Below are positions 37,030 through 49,935 of a stretch of DNA of 64,000 bases, piece after piece (position 1 is the stretch's first letter; every line of letters starts with the position of its first letter). The translations under genes were made by a program, and so were the position numbers. The notes beneath the pieces are model-generated. The model did not search any database. It was not told the DNA's origin and saw only the letters and a program-made list of their open reading frames with translations. The stretch is from the NCBI RefSeq assembly GCF_006345805.1, contig NC_043018.1, positions 21,638,001 to 21,702,000 on the forward strand, given 5' to 3'. This DNA is from Octopus sinensis (Eukaryota).

Positions 37030-37616
37030 CTTTGTGTTTGTATATATATACACACACACACACATTTACGTATACATGCTAAATACATCAGCATTCACCC
37101 GACATGGGCTGAACAGGCTGCAGCCCAGCCAGTGAGTCTGTAGAAGTCGACCACATTCTCAAACACACACACCCACACAGACACACACATACATACATAC
37201 ATACACGCCTACCTCCACATTTTCTGCTCATGGAGATATAAAATCCTGTGTTATAACCACTGCGCATACATTTCACAACTCTTACGTTCAACAAGAAAAA
37301 AAAAACATGGCTCCATATTACTAATTACACACATTACTAATTACACATATACATACATATTGTTGATATTATGCAAAAGTGTCGTAAGTCCTAGACGTCG
37401 TTTTATTTTTCAGAAAATGATAAAGTAGTTTTACCATTCCATAGCAAAACCGTTGTACAACACTTTGACAATTTTTGATATCTTGGCATCTGAAGCAGCT
37501 GGAGATATGATAGTCTGAGCAAAAGAACTGGCTATTGCAAGCAAAAATAAATATTGAAAAAAAAAACCGCATTTGGCCAAATTTGGACATACGACAGTTT
37601 AACATAAGAACAACAT

Positions 37617-37715
<99 letters not shown>

Positions 37716-37777
37716 TGGTAAAAACGGTAAGATAAAAGAAAGAAAGAAACCTCAATATTATGTAAATAGAGGAAATT

Positions 37778-37968
37778 TATCTGTAAAATAATGTGACAAT
37801 TATTCAATAGCCAAGATAAAACTCTGAGTTTCGGATGCCGAAGTGGAAATCCCACAACACCATCTCTTCTGGCCAGATAACCAAAGAGATGGTGTTGAGG
37901 ATTTCCACCTCGGCATCCAAAACTCAGAGTTTTATCTTGGCTATTGAATAATTGTCAGATTATTTTAC

Positions 37969-37973
<5 letters not shown>
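37778..37973. repeat. Fold-back inverted repeat (about 91-bp arms, 15-nt loop); each arm carries a hammerhead-like motif
   Basis: Arms 37778-37868 and 37884-37973 with only a few mismatches; embedded in a longer repeat starting at about 37716 between (TA)n tracts. Confidence 0.9.
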
Positions 37974-38018
<45 letters not shown>

Positions 38019-38468
38019 AGATAAACAGATAGATATAGATAGATAGACATACACACTCATATATGTGCAAATACATATAAGAAGTTTGCTTCCCAACTAC
38101 ATGGTTCCAGGTTCAATCCCACCGTAACTTCAGGCTGACCAAAGCCTAGGGAGAAGATTCGGTAGATGGAAATTGAAAAAAAGCTTATCGCGTATATATG
38201 TGTGTTTTTGTAAGTTTTTGTATATATGTATGTTTTTGTGTTTGTCCCCCACAATTCCTTGGCAAAATGGCGTTGGTTTGTTTACGTCTCTGTAACTTAG
38301 CAGTTCGGCAAAAGAGACCAATAAAATAAGTGCCAGGCTTAAAAATAAGTATTTGCATTGATTTACTCAAACCCTTGAAGGTGATGTCCCAGTATGGCCA
38401 CAGTTCAATTACTTAAACAAGCAAAAGATTATAGAGACACACACACATATATGTAATAGGTATTTGTT

Positions 38469-38861
38469 TACTCTTTTGCTTGTTTCAGTCATTTGACTGC
38501 GGCCATGCTGGAGCACCGCCTTTAATCGAGCAACTCGACCCCGGGACTTATTCTTTTGTAAGCCCAGTACTTATTCTATCGGTCTCTTTTGCCACACCGC
38601 TAAGTAACGGGGACATAAACACACCAGCATCGGTTGTCAAGCAATGCTAGGGGGACAAACAAACACACACACATATATATAAATATATATATATACGACA
38701 GGCTTCTTTCAGTCTCCGTCTACCAAATCCCCTCACAAGGCTTTGGTTGGCCCGAGGCTATAGTAGGAGAAACTTGCCCAAGGTGCCACGCAGTGGGACT
38801 GAACCCGGAACCATGTGGTTGGTAAACAAGCTACTTACCACACAGCCACTCCTGCGCCTAT
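38469..38861 (-). mobile_element. SINE family A, full length
   Basis: Complete reverse-complement copy. Confidence 0.88.
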
Positions 38862-40750
38862 TTGTTTGTTTGTTTACATCCCCGGTAATTTAGATATTCA
38901 GCAAAATGGAGACCCTCTGAAAAAATATCCGACTTAAAATAAACACTAGGTTTGATTTAATTGCATAAAACAATTCAAGTCAGTGCTCCAGCATGGCCTT
39001 ATTCAGTGACAGAAACCAGTAAAAGTATGAGTGCTTGCATGTATGTGCATACAGACAGATTCAGAAGTCCCTTCAGTATTTAAATTAGATATAAATTTGT
39101 ATGTTCTTCGCTTTGTGATAGCTTTGGTTTTATATAGCCATCTGCATATCATAATGTGAATACAGAGTGAAAGGCAAATTTACTGCAGCATTTGTCAAGA
39201 GATAACATCACTTCTGGATGTAATTGTGTCTGAAAACAATACATATATATCAGAGAGAGAAAAAAATGAACCTAGTAGCAACTGGTGAGAAGGATAAATG
39301 CATTTCTGCGTAGTTGAGCTTCGTCAGTAGTATGCACTCGCAACTTTTGATATGTGTGTGTGTGTGTGTATGTGTGTGTGTGCATGTGTCTGTGCAAGTA
39401 TGTCTGAGTCCGCTTTCCATGCTAGCATGGGCTGGACGATTTTGACTGAGGGCTGGTGAACCAAATGGCTGCACCAGGCTCCAATCTTGATCTGGCAGAG
39501 TTTCTACAGCTGGATGCCCTTCCTAACGCCAACTGCTCTGAGAGTGTAGTGGATGCTTTTTACATGCCACCGGCACGGGGGCCAAATATATAAATATATA
39601 TATATATAACTGAGTTATAGATGGTGCGTGTGTACACACATCTATGCATGTGTTTATATGCATATATGTGCATGTCGATGGGTGTGAATATGCATGTGTG
39701 CATGCATACCTCTGTATAATAAATAGTTGATATAAGTTTTGGTTGGTTGATACCTCCAGTCACATTTTACATCTTATAGAGAGAGGAGAGGGTAGATAGG
39801 GTATGAGAGAGAGACAGACAGACAGACAGAGATATATAGAGAGAGATACAGAGACAAAAGAGAGAGAGAGTTAACACATGAGATGCAGGGTAGCTATTTC
39901 ATGATTTTCTGAAGAACACACATTTTTTTTTTTTAATGAAACTTTGCAGAGATAAGTTTCCGATGGTGTAGATTGCAATTACGCAGATAAAATTTAGAAA
40001 AATAATATCGTATATTTATGGTAAATATGGAAAATGAGAAACTTGTTTTATTTGATATTATTCTAAGGTAATATCTTTTCTTTAGTTTTTACTTGTTTTA
40101 GTCACCACACCTTGAAGAATTTTTAGTCGATTTCTTTTGCTGAACTGCTAAGTTATGGGGGATGTAAACACACTGACACTGGTTGTCAAGCAGTGGTGAA
40201 GGACAAACACACACACACACACGCACACATAGCTATACATAAGACAAAGCTTCTTTCAGTTTCCGTTTACTAAATCCACTCAAGGATTTGGTTGGCCCAA
40301 GGATATAGTGAAAGACACTGGCCAAACATGTCATGCAGTGGCCATGCTGGGGCACTGACACAAACAAATCAACCCCACCACTTAAATTATGAGTCACAGC
40401 TGAAGTATACTGCAGCCAACTGGACCAAATGATGCAGAATCTTACATATATATATATACGACAGACTTCTTTCAGTTTCCGTCTACCAAATCCACTCACA
40501 AGATTTTGGTCAGCCCAGGCTATAGTAGGAGACACTTGCCCAGGGTGGCACACAGTAGGACTGAACCTGGGACCATGCGGTTGGTAAGCAAGTTACTTAC
40601 CACACAGCTACTCCTACACCTATATATATATATATATACAGGGTGAAATATAACTAATTTAATAAAATCAACAAATTTCACCTAGTAGTATTTCGGTATG
40701 GAAAAGGACCATATTCGGTAAAAATTTATATAATTATAATAATAAGGGTT

Positions 40751-40882
40751 TTTTGCAACAAGTTGCTTAAACCACATACCAAAAATATTAGAAATAGCAG
40801 CCAAAAGACTAAAGGAAATAGTAGTCTTTTGGCTGTTATTTCTAATATTTTCAGTATGTGGTTTAAGCAACTTGTTGCAAAA
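40751..40882. repeat. Fold-back inverted repeat (61-bp arms, 10-nt loop)
   Basis: ttttgcaacaagttgcttaaaccacatac...gccaaaagacta / tagtcttttggc...gtatgtggtttaagcaacttgttgcaaaa. Confidence 0.92.
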
Positions 40883-41479
40883 TTAGGGAATTCAGGCTAC
40901 ACGTTTCATAACTAGCAGGACCTTAGAAGTAGTAATTAATTATCCAAATGAGGAGTAATCCGTTCATCCCCTAATTTTGGATTTCAATTTACATACACAC
41001 CAACCTCTGTTGCTAACTGTAAGCTACAAAACAATTTTATCAGCTTATCAAACTTCAATATGGGGAAAATTTGCCACCTATGTCAATACAACTCTATTGT
41101 TCCTGAAAGCTGGTTTTTTATACCTTCTACGGACAGCTTGAAGCTTACTAACTTCCTACACCTTGATCCCTGGATTGCACCTTTACTTGTTGCCAGTGTC
41201 ATGTAAATAGCACCTGTGAAATCCTAGTTGTGGTCATTGCCGATGTCTTGTAAATGGCACCCATGCTGGTGGCACATAAAAAGCACCCATTATACTCGTG
41301 GAGTGGTTGGCATTAGGAAGGGCATCCAGCCATAGAAAACCATGCCAAATTAGACTGGAGTCTGGTGTAGCTCTCTGGCTGACCACTTACAGTCAAACCA
41401 TCTAACCCATGCCAGCATGGAAAGCAGATGTTAACTGATGACAAGGAGATGTGTGTGTATTCTTTTTTTAGATCCAGTT

Positions 41480-41700
41480 TCCTCAATCTGCACAGATGTT
41501 CCTCCAATAAACCCCGTCCTCCATTGCTGATTTCAATTCAGGAACTGATAGGCCACTGTCGATCACTAGTTTGTCAACATATATCGTAGCCAGCTGATGT
41601 CTGCTCCTGGGAACCAAGCCTTGGTTCCCAGAGCAACATATCCCAGATGCATTCGTTCCTGGCACACACACACAAATCGGAAAACCGTCATTATCAAAAG
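41480..41700 (-). pseudogene. RTE-X-like LINE C-terminal fragment
   Basis: CARNECIWDMLLWEPRLG, then (frameshift) TIYVDKLVIDSGLSVPELKSAMEDGVYWRNIC. Confidence 0.7.
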
Positions 41701-41860
41701 ATGACACAAACATAACAGCAAACCTGTGCAATAGCCCAGACATATATATTTCAAGTGTCCTGAGGTGGCCTGGACAGCTGGTTATATGAAGAGTAGACCA
41801 GCTATCCTGGAATCCCTGAGCCATGTCAGTCAAGAAGGGAACTTGGGTGACAGGGGTTAA

Positions 41861-42085
41861 ACCCTTTTGCATTCAGATTTCTCTGTTAAATGTAATCTTT
41901 ATTTATTTGCATTGGTTTGAATTAGTTCATGCCCTGTCTTGTTACTTTGAGATTTCAGTGACGGGATTGTTTATTTCTAGAGTAATACTGTAGGGCTAAG
42001 TGTGAGAGGCTGGATTTAGCCAATCTGAAGATAAAACAGGTAGATTATTTTAGCCGGATATGGCTGGTTTAAATACAAACCCGGG
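41861..42085. mobile_element. TTAA-flanked MITE (piggyBac-like), diverged
   Basis: TTAA at 41857-41860 and 42086-42089; body matches 45114-45334. Confidence 0.7.
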
Positions 42086-42331
42086 TTAATGAATACAGTG
42101 GATGAAGGGTGTTATGGGAAGGAGGCAGTCTGAAGAAGGAACAGAGGTGGGAGACACTAAGATGCATGACTGAGCTCGGTTGTTATCTAGTTTAGGTCAG
42201 GGTTAAAAGGACTTGTAAGCATATGTATGTAGAGACACAAGAATAGCTGTGCAGTTGAGAGGTTCACTTTTCAAGCAAAGGGTTTTGGGTTCAGTTCCAC
42301 TGCATGGCAACTTGGGCCAATCAAAGCCTTG

Positions 42332-42702
42332 TTGTTTACCAACCACATGGTTCCGGGTTCAGTCCCACTGCGTGGCACCTTGGGCAAGTGTCTTCTACTA
42401 TAGCCTCGGGCCAACCAAAGCCCTGTGAATGGATTTGGTAGACGGAAACTGAAAGAAGCCCGTTGTATATATGTATATATATATATGCGTGTGTGTGTTT
42501 GTGTGTCTGTGTTTGTGCCCCTAGCATCGCTTGACAACCGATGCTGGTATGTTTATGTCCCCGTTACTTAGCGGTTTGGCAAAAGAGACCGATAGAATAA
42601 GTACTGGGCTTATAAAAAGAATAAGTACAGGGGCCGAGTTGCTCGATTAAAGGCGGTGCTCCAGCATGGCCACAGTCAAATGACTGAAACAAGTAAAAGA
42701 GT
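42332..42702 (+). mobile_element. SINE family A (5' clipped)
   Basis: Body and tail intact. Confidence 0.85.
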
Positions 42703-44040
42703 ATGTATGTATGTGTGGATGCATGTATCTGTGTGTGGATGTGCATGTGTGTATTTCCTTGTATTGACATCTTGCCATAGTTGTAAATGAGTGTCACTGT
42801 CATACAAAGGGCACCATTCATTTCCACCTTTCCATGAAGAACATGCCTGGCTATAGAGAAGCGTTACCTTGCTTGAAAACAGGTCAGGGTTGGTGACAGG
42901 AAAGGCATCCAGCCATAGAAAATCTGCTTCAATGAATTCAGTGTGACCCATGCTTGCATGGAAAAGTGGATATTAGAATGTTGACAATGATATATAAAAC
43001 AGGCTTCATTCAGTTTCCATCAACCAAATTCACGCACAAGGCTTTGGTTGGCATGGGGTTTATAGCCAAAGATATTTGCCCAAGGTGGCATGCAATAGGT
43101 CTGAACTTAATATTTTATTATTTTTTCAATTCCAATGCATACTCTTTTACTTGTTTCAGTCATTTGACTGTGGCCATGCTGGAGCACCGCCTTTAATCGA
43201 GCAACTCGACTTCGGGACTTATTCTTTTTATAAGCCCAGTACTTATTCTATCGATCTCTTTTGCCGAACCGCTAAGTGACGGGGACGTAAACACACCAGC
43301 ATCGGTTGTCAAGCAATGCTAGGGGGACAAACACAGACACACAAACACACACATGCATATATATATATATATATACATATATATATACGAGGGGCTTCTT
43401 TCAGGTATTCACATACAAAATGTAACTTTCGGGGCTGGCTCTAAATTCTATGGAAAATCTGTAGAGACAACTTAAAACTGGTTGTATTGTACTGCTAACA
43501 CAAAGAGTAGGACACAAGACTGACTTATAAACCTTTATTGAGTAGTATATTATGGATGAAGTACTGAAGAATGACCTCAGAAAGCTGAACCTTTCAGGCA
43601 AAGGGCTGAGGTACCTGGTGCCTGACTGTACTCAAGAAGACCTGTGCCCTGCAGCAGAAATGTTAAGATCGATCCTTCTGGTGATATAAAGCACCTGAGC
43701 TAGCCTGGACAGCTGGTTATATGAAAAGTAGCCCAGCTATCCTGGAATCCCTGAGCTATGTCAGTCAATAAGGGAACTTGGGTGACAGGGGTTCAACCCT
43801 TTTGCATTCAGATTTCTGAGGTGCTACACAAAAGCACCTGCACAGTGCCATGTAAAAGCACCCAGCACACTCTATGAAGTGGTCAGCATTAGGAAGGACA
43901 TCCAGCCACAGAAACCATGCCAAATCAGCTGGAGTCCTGGTGCAGTTTGCCAACTCTGATCACACCGTGCAACCCATGCCAGCATGGACAATGGATGTTA
44001 AATCATGATGATGATGATTATTATTATGGTTGTAAAACCT

Positions 44041-44205
44041 GTAGGCGCAGGAGTGGCTATGTGGTAAGTAGCTTGCTAACCAACCACATGGTTCCGGGTT
44101 CAGTCCCACTGTGTGGCATCTTGGGCAAATGTCTTCTGCTATAGCCTCGGGCCGACCAAAGCCTTGTGAGTGGATTGGGTAGACGGAAACTGAAAGAAGT
44201 CTGTC

Positions 44206-44257
<52 letters not shown>

Positions 44258-44460
44258 ATATGTTTGTCCCTCTAGCATTGCTTGACAACTGGTGCTGGTG
44301 TGCTTACGTCCCCGTCACTTAGCGGTTCGGCAAAAGAGACCGACAGAATAAGTACTGGGCTTACAAAGAATAAGTCCCGGGGTCGATTTGCTCGACCAAA
44401 GGCGGTGCTCCAGCATGGCTGCAGTCAAAATGACTGAAACAAGTAAAAGAGTAAAAGAGA
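44041..44460 (+). mobile_element. SINE family A, full length
   Basis: Complete head, internal SSR and tail. Confidence 0.88.
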
Positions 44461-44669
44461 GTAAAATACAGCAATTAACGATATTTTGTGTTTAGGAAGC
44501 AAACACTTTAATCACGAAGCTAGACTGGAACCTAATCGTGTGAATGTCACGGTCACATGCAGGTCTATGAAGTTTTGACCTAGAGAACACAAACATTCTT
44601 ACATTTTGAGGGATTGTCACATAAATGCCGAAGATCAAGTGGAATGACTTTACACTGACACACATGCAT

Positions 44670-44700
<31 letters not shown>

Positions 44701-45113
44701 AAAACACACGCACAGTATCCGGATGCTGTGTAGAAATATTTTACTTCCCTTTTAAAAACGCTTCATACTCTATCTGCTTCCAAACAGTTCACTGCAGTCA
44801 TTGACCATTACCAGTCTCACCAGTTTGAGAGTGATGACCTACAGGGGTCACAGGGTATTGACCCTCTCCTTACCTCCAACCCACCACCCACTTTTACAGA
44901 AATAAGAAAAGGAGGATAAAACACAGGGATTAATTAGAAGCAACGAATTGAAAAGAGATAATTTAGAAAGAAATTTAAAACTGCACACAGATTTACATAC
45001 TTCTTTTGAAATTATATGATTAAAAAAACAAAAGAACATTCTTAAAACAATTTTATGTGACAAATGTCCAATCCGTTTCATTCCAGACAGAGTGTCAAGC
45101 TTTATATATTTAA

Positions 45114-45334
45114 CCCTTTAGTGTTCGCATTATTCTGCCAAAATTAATCCTTTTTTATCCACACTGCCTTGAACTAATCAGGCATTATCTTGTAGCTATG
45201 AGATTTTGATGAGGTAGCTGTTAATTTTTCAAACGATATTGTAGGGCTGGTGTGAGAGACCAGATCTGGCCAGTCTGAACATAAAACAGGCAGAATACTT
45301 TTGGCCGGATATGGCCGGTTTAAATGCTAAAGGG
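45114..45334. mobile_element. piggyBac-like MITE, 221 bp, TTAA TSD
   Basis: TTAA-ccctttagtgtt ... aatgctaaaggg-TTAA. Confidence 0.85.
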
Positions 45335-45800
45335 TTAAAAGCCATGCCAAAGCAGATATGATTGGCGCTGGTGCCACATAAAATGCATCCAGTCAACTTT
45401 ATAAAAGTGGTTGATATTAGGAATGGCATCCAGTTGTAAAAAAACCATGCCAAAACAGACAGTTGAGTTTGGCGCAATCCTCTCTCTGGCTTACCAACCT
45501 GTAACTTAGCAGTTTGGCAAAAGAGGCCGATAGAATAACTACTAGGCTTATAAAGAATAAGTCCCGGGGTCGATTTGCTCGACTAAAGGTGGTGCTCCAG
45601 CATGGCCGCAGTCAAATGATTAAAACAAATAAAAGAATACACATATTCATTTTTAGTATTCCCGTTTGTGAGAGCAGTCGTGTTTACTTCAGATATTCTC
45701 ATCTTAAAAATCATCTCTGGCTAATCGTTGAGAGGACGCTGATGTTGCCTTGGCAGAGGTTAGAGCTCTCTGAGTGCTCTTGTTATTATTATTATTATTG

Positions 45801-46335
45801 CAAGGCAGTTTTCCTTTGCCTAGTGGCTGTAGCGAAAGAGGTGATATGGTGGACCCGTTTGAAAGGGCTAAGGTCAGACACTTTCCTCTTTGGCCAAGGC
45901 CTCATCAACTTTTTCAAGTCCCACTTGAAAAGGAAGATGAGAGTAGAGAGGGAAGTGATGTCTGGTAGCAAGTTTATTGAAAGGTGGGTGAATGTCGCAA
46001 GAATGGCCAGTATAAACGGACCAATTCTGAGGATACACCTGTGAGAATTAAAAGGAAATATAAAAGGAGAAAGGGGCTCTCTACCCCACTTTTGACCAGG
46101 CTCCCGTGGCTTTTATGAGTTTTTCCACGAGTAACCTTTCGAAGCGCCTCCCCCTATTGGGAGTTTTAATTGTTACTTATTTTTTGTTGTCATCCTGCTT
46201 TTGTACACAGACCTTTTTCAAACGGACAAAACCCTTTGTAACTTTCGTCCTGTGTTTTGTCCCTTTATGTTTTAAATGATTTTTGTTAGCCATTGTGGCC
46301 AATAAACGAACGAATTATTATTATTATCATCATTA
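45801..46335 (+). pseudogene. L1/Tx1-like LINE 3' fragment flanked by (ATT)n
   Basis: FLCLVAVAKEVIWWTRLKGL...HLKRKMRVEREVMSGSKFIERWVNVARM..* (stop at 46044), then a 3' UTR ending ccaataaacgaacgaattatt. The same 3' end recurs at 60353-60480. Clade assignment is from recalled similarity. Confidence 0.62.
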
Positions 46336-46815
46336 TTATATTTGTCAAAGTTCTTTCATCACACATTCTGTGACCTCATCAGTGACTCTCTGCCCCGTGT
46401 GTCTCCTCTTGTCCTGCCTATTCCATTTTGAGCTTCTGTGTGACAACAAAAGAGCTTTGACAAACTCAAAAGAAATTATAATAATAATAAAGCAAAAGTG
46501 AAGAGCAAATAAACAGTGTGTGTGTTTAAGTTGAAAGATGACCGTCCCTAAAAATAAAAATATCTGTTCCAACACAAGATTTGACATCAAGAATCTTGCA
46601 AAGCAATTAAATGTGTATAACATATACATCTTCTACAAAAATTAATGAGCAATCCTTCACTTTAGTCTCTTGTCTTTCATTTACTTGTTTTAGTCATTAG
46701 ACTGCAGCCATGCTGGAGCACCACCTCGATTCTTTAGTCAAATGAGTTGACCCCAGTACTTATTCTATCAGTTCCTTTCGCCGGTCAAATTTTGCATTGC
46801 AACTCAACATAAAAA

Positions 46816-47095
46816 CAAACAGAGCGTGGGCTGCGGGGTCACTCCGAAAAGCTCTATCTACGACGATTTCATCTCAATCGAAGGAGAGGGGCTTTCTCCG
46901 TCTGGGTTGCGGATCCGTGGAATAAGCTGCCGGACGAGATAGTGAAGATGCCGACGACCACTCGATTCAAAGTCTCTCTTGACCAGAAATGGCCTGAACT
47001 CTATGTATGAACACCCTCCCTGTACATAACTCCATGTCCCCCTACATGGCCTTGCTTTTGCTTTTTGAGCCCCCAAAAAATTAAATTAAATTTAC
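46816..47095 (+). pseudogene. CR1-clade LINE 3' end
   Basis: 46822-47010 reads ERGLRGHSEKLYLRRFHLNRRRGAFSVWVADPWNKLPDEIVKMPTTTRFKVSLDQKWPELYV*, the typical CR1 ORF2 C-terminus (RGH..KL, WN.LP, FK..LD). Confidence 0.85.
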
Positions 47096-47509
47096 TCTCT
47101 CTCTCACTCTCTTACGAACACACGCTTGTTTGTATGAATGTTTACACACTGTGCCGAGCTGAATTACGGACGGTGTTGGCTGTTGACATTTCCTGGTCAA
47201 CAGCCTGGTATCTCTGCACTTTCAAAGATGCGTGGAATGAAAACTTCCTTGAATAACAGGAAAAGGTTAGGATCAGGAAGGGGCTAATCAGCTGTAAGAA
47301 AACGCCTCAACGTGATCCATCTTATACTTTCCAGCATGGAGAAAACAGATATAAAATAAATGAAGAAATGGCATTGTAGGATGGGTGCGAGAGGCTGAAT
47401 GTGGCCGGTTTGAATGTAAAACAGATAGGATATCTGGGCTGGCAATGGCTGGTTTAACCCCTTTAGCATTCAGTTTCTTCTGTCAAATGTAATGCTTATT
47501 TATTTGCAT

Positions 47510-48065
47510 TCATCATCATCATCATCATCATTTAGCGTCCGCTTTCCATGCTAGCATGGGTTGGACGGTTCAACTGGGGTCTGGGAAGCCAGAAGGCTGC
47601 ACCAGGCCCAGTCTGATCTGGCAGTGTTTCTACGGCTGAATGCCCTTCCTAACGCCAACCACTCCGTGAGTGTAGTGGGTGCTTTTTACGTGCCAGACGG
47701 GGCTGGCAAACGGCCACGGTCGGAAGGTGCTTTTTACGTGCCACCGGCACGGGGGCCAGGTGAGGCTGGCAATGGCCATGATCGGATGGTGCTTTTTATG
47801 TGCCACCGGCACGGGGGCCAGGTGCGGCTGGCAACGGCCATGATCGGATGGTGCTTTTTATGTGCCACCGGCACGGAGGCCAGGTGAGGCTGGCAACAGC
47901 CACGGTCAGATGGTGCTTTTTACGTGCACGGGGGCCAGGTGCGGCTGGCAACGGCCATGATCGGATGGTGCTTTTTACGTGCCACCGGCACAGAGGGCCG
48001 TCAGAGCGGCGCTGGCAACGGCCACGTTCGGATGGTTCGCTTACGTGCCACCGGCACTGGTATCA
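47510..48065 (-). mobile_element. Family D with about 5-6 internal 62-bp units
   Basis: gggggcca recurs at 47751 and 47813. Confidence 0.85.
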
Positions 48066-48620
48066 CTGCTTTTGAATTAATCATGCATTATCTCATGGCT
48101 TCAAGATTTCAACGGCGTAATTGTTTATTCTTATGATGACATTGTAGGATAAGTGTGAGAGGCTGGATACAGCCAGTTTGAACATAAAACAGATAGAATA
48201 TCTGGGCTGGGAAATGGCTGGTTTAACCCTTTAACACTCAGATTACTCTGTCAAATGCAATGCTAATTAATTCACACTGTTTTGAATTAATCCTGCATTA
48301 TCTTGTAGCTTTGGGATTATCATGTAGCTTTAATGATGGAATTGTTTAGTTTTGAATGACAGTGAAGGGCAGATGCTGAATCTGGCTGACTTAAACATAA
48401 AACAAGTAGAATATTTAACCTGGATACGGCTGTCTTAACCCTTTGGCATTCACATTTCTTTATCAAATGTAAGGCTTAAATAATTCATATTGTTTTGAAT
48501 TAATCATGCATTGTCTTGTTGCTTTGAAATTTGATATCGTTTATCTTTTACTGGTTTCAGTCATTGGACTGCAGCCATGCCGGGCACAGCCTTGAAGAAT
48601 TTTTAGTTGAATGTATTCTT

Positions 48621-48815
48621 TCTCTTCTTTTATTCGTTTCAGTCATTTCACTGTGGCCATGCTGAAGCACCGCCTTTAGTCGAGCAAATCGACCCCAGGA
48701 CTTATTCTTTGTAAGCCTAGCACTTATTCTATCGGTCTCGTGCTGAACAACTAAGTGATGGGGATGTAAACACACCAGCATTGGTTGTCAAGCGATGTTG
48801 GGGAGACAAACACAG

Positions 48816-48849
<34 letters not shown>

Positions 48850-49014
48850 GATGGGCTTCCTTCAGTTTCCGTCTACCAAATCCACTCACAAGGCTTTGGT
48901 CGGCTTGAGGCTATAGTAGAAGACACTTGCCCAAGGTGCCATGCAGTGGGACTGAACCTGGAACCATGTGGTTGGTAAGCAAGCTACTTACCACACAGCC
49001 ACTCCTGTACCTAT
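48621..49014 (-). mobile_element. SINE family A, full length
   Basis: Complete reverse-complement copy. Confidence 0.85.
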
Positions 49015-49589
49015 ATTGACCCCAGCACTTTTCTTTTAAAGCCTGATACTTATTCTGTCAATCTCTTTTGCTAACCTGCTAAGTTAAAGGGACGTAAACA
49101 CACCAATAGTGGGGTGGAGCTAGGGACAAACAGAAACACACACACACACACACTATGGGCTTCTTTCAGTTTCCATTTACCAAATCCACTCACTAGGCTT
49201 TGTTCAGCATGAGGCTATAGCAGGTGCCACACAGTGGGACTGAACCCCGAGTCATTTGGTTGGGAAGCAAGCTTCTTACCACACAGCCATGCCTGTGCCT
49301 ATGTGACCCTTTTTATTTTCAGAATAACATTGTAGGGTAGGTACAAAAGGCTGAATCTGGCCGGTTCAAATGTAAAACATGTAAAATATTTCGGCTGGAT
49401 ATGGCCAGTTTAAATGCTAAAAGGTTAAAGACATTCCACCAATGACCATCTGGATTTTTAGGAGTATGAAGGTTACATTATCCAGTGTCTACTCTTATAA
49501 GATGGTAGATGTAATTTCAGACAAATTTGGTTGTTATTTCTAGTAAGCTGACTAACCATGTGCAAAATTCCAGCTTGACTAGCAGAAGC

Positions 49590-49935
49590 AGGTGTATTGG
49601 TGGTAGTAGTAGTAGTATGTGGTGGTGGTTGTAATAATATTGTGGCAGTGGAGGTCATAGCATGTACTGGTGGTGGTAGTCATGTTAGTGGTATATGGTG
49701 TAATAGTAATAGTATGTGGTGGTGGTTGTAGTAATATTGTGGTAGTGGTGGCAGTGGAGGTCATAGCATGTACTGGTGGTGGTAGACGTGTTAGTTGTAT
49801 ATGGTGTAGTAGTAGTAGTAGTAGTATGTGGTGGTGGTGGTTGTAGTAATATTGTGGTAGTGGTGGTAGTGGAAGTCATAGCATGTACAGGTGGTGGTAG
49901 TCATGTTAGTTGTATATGGTGTAGTAGTAGTAGAA
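49590..49935. repeat. About 106-115 bp minisatellite built from (GTA/GTG)n, about 3 copies
   Basis: gtcatagcatgtac recurs at about 49654, 49760 and 49875. Confidence 0.85.

Larger units (their letters stand above)
47330..49428. mobile_element. Head-to-tail array of the TTAA MITE, interrupted by family D (47510-48065) and family A (48540-49300)
   Basis: ttaaccc junctions at 47454, 48223 and 48435; the only right TIR is at about 49410-49428. Confidence 0.72.

Noticed and set aside
41607-41631. Perfect 12-bp-arm palindrome CTGGGAACCAAG-C-CTTGGTTCCCAG
   Set aside because: It lies within LINE coding sequence (WEPRLG codons), is short and has no supporting context.
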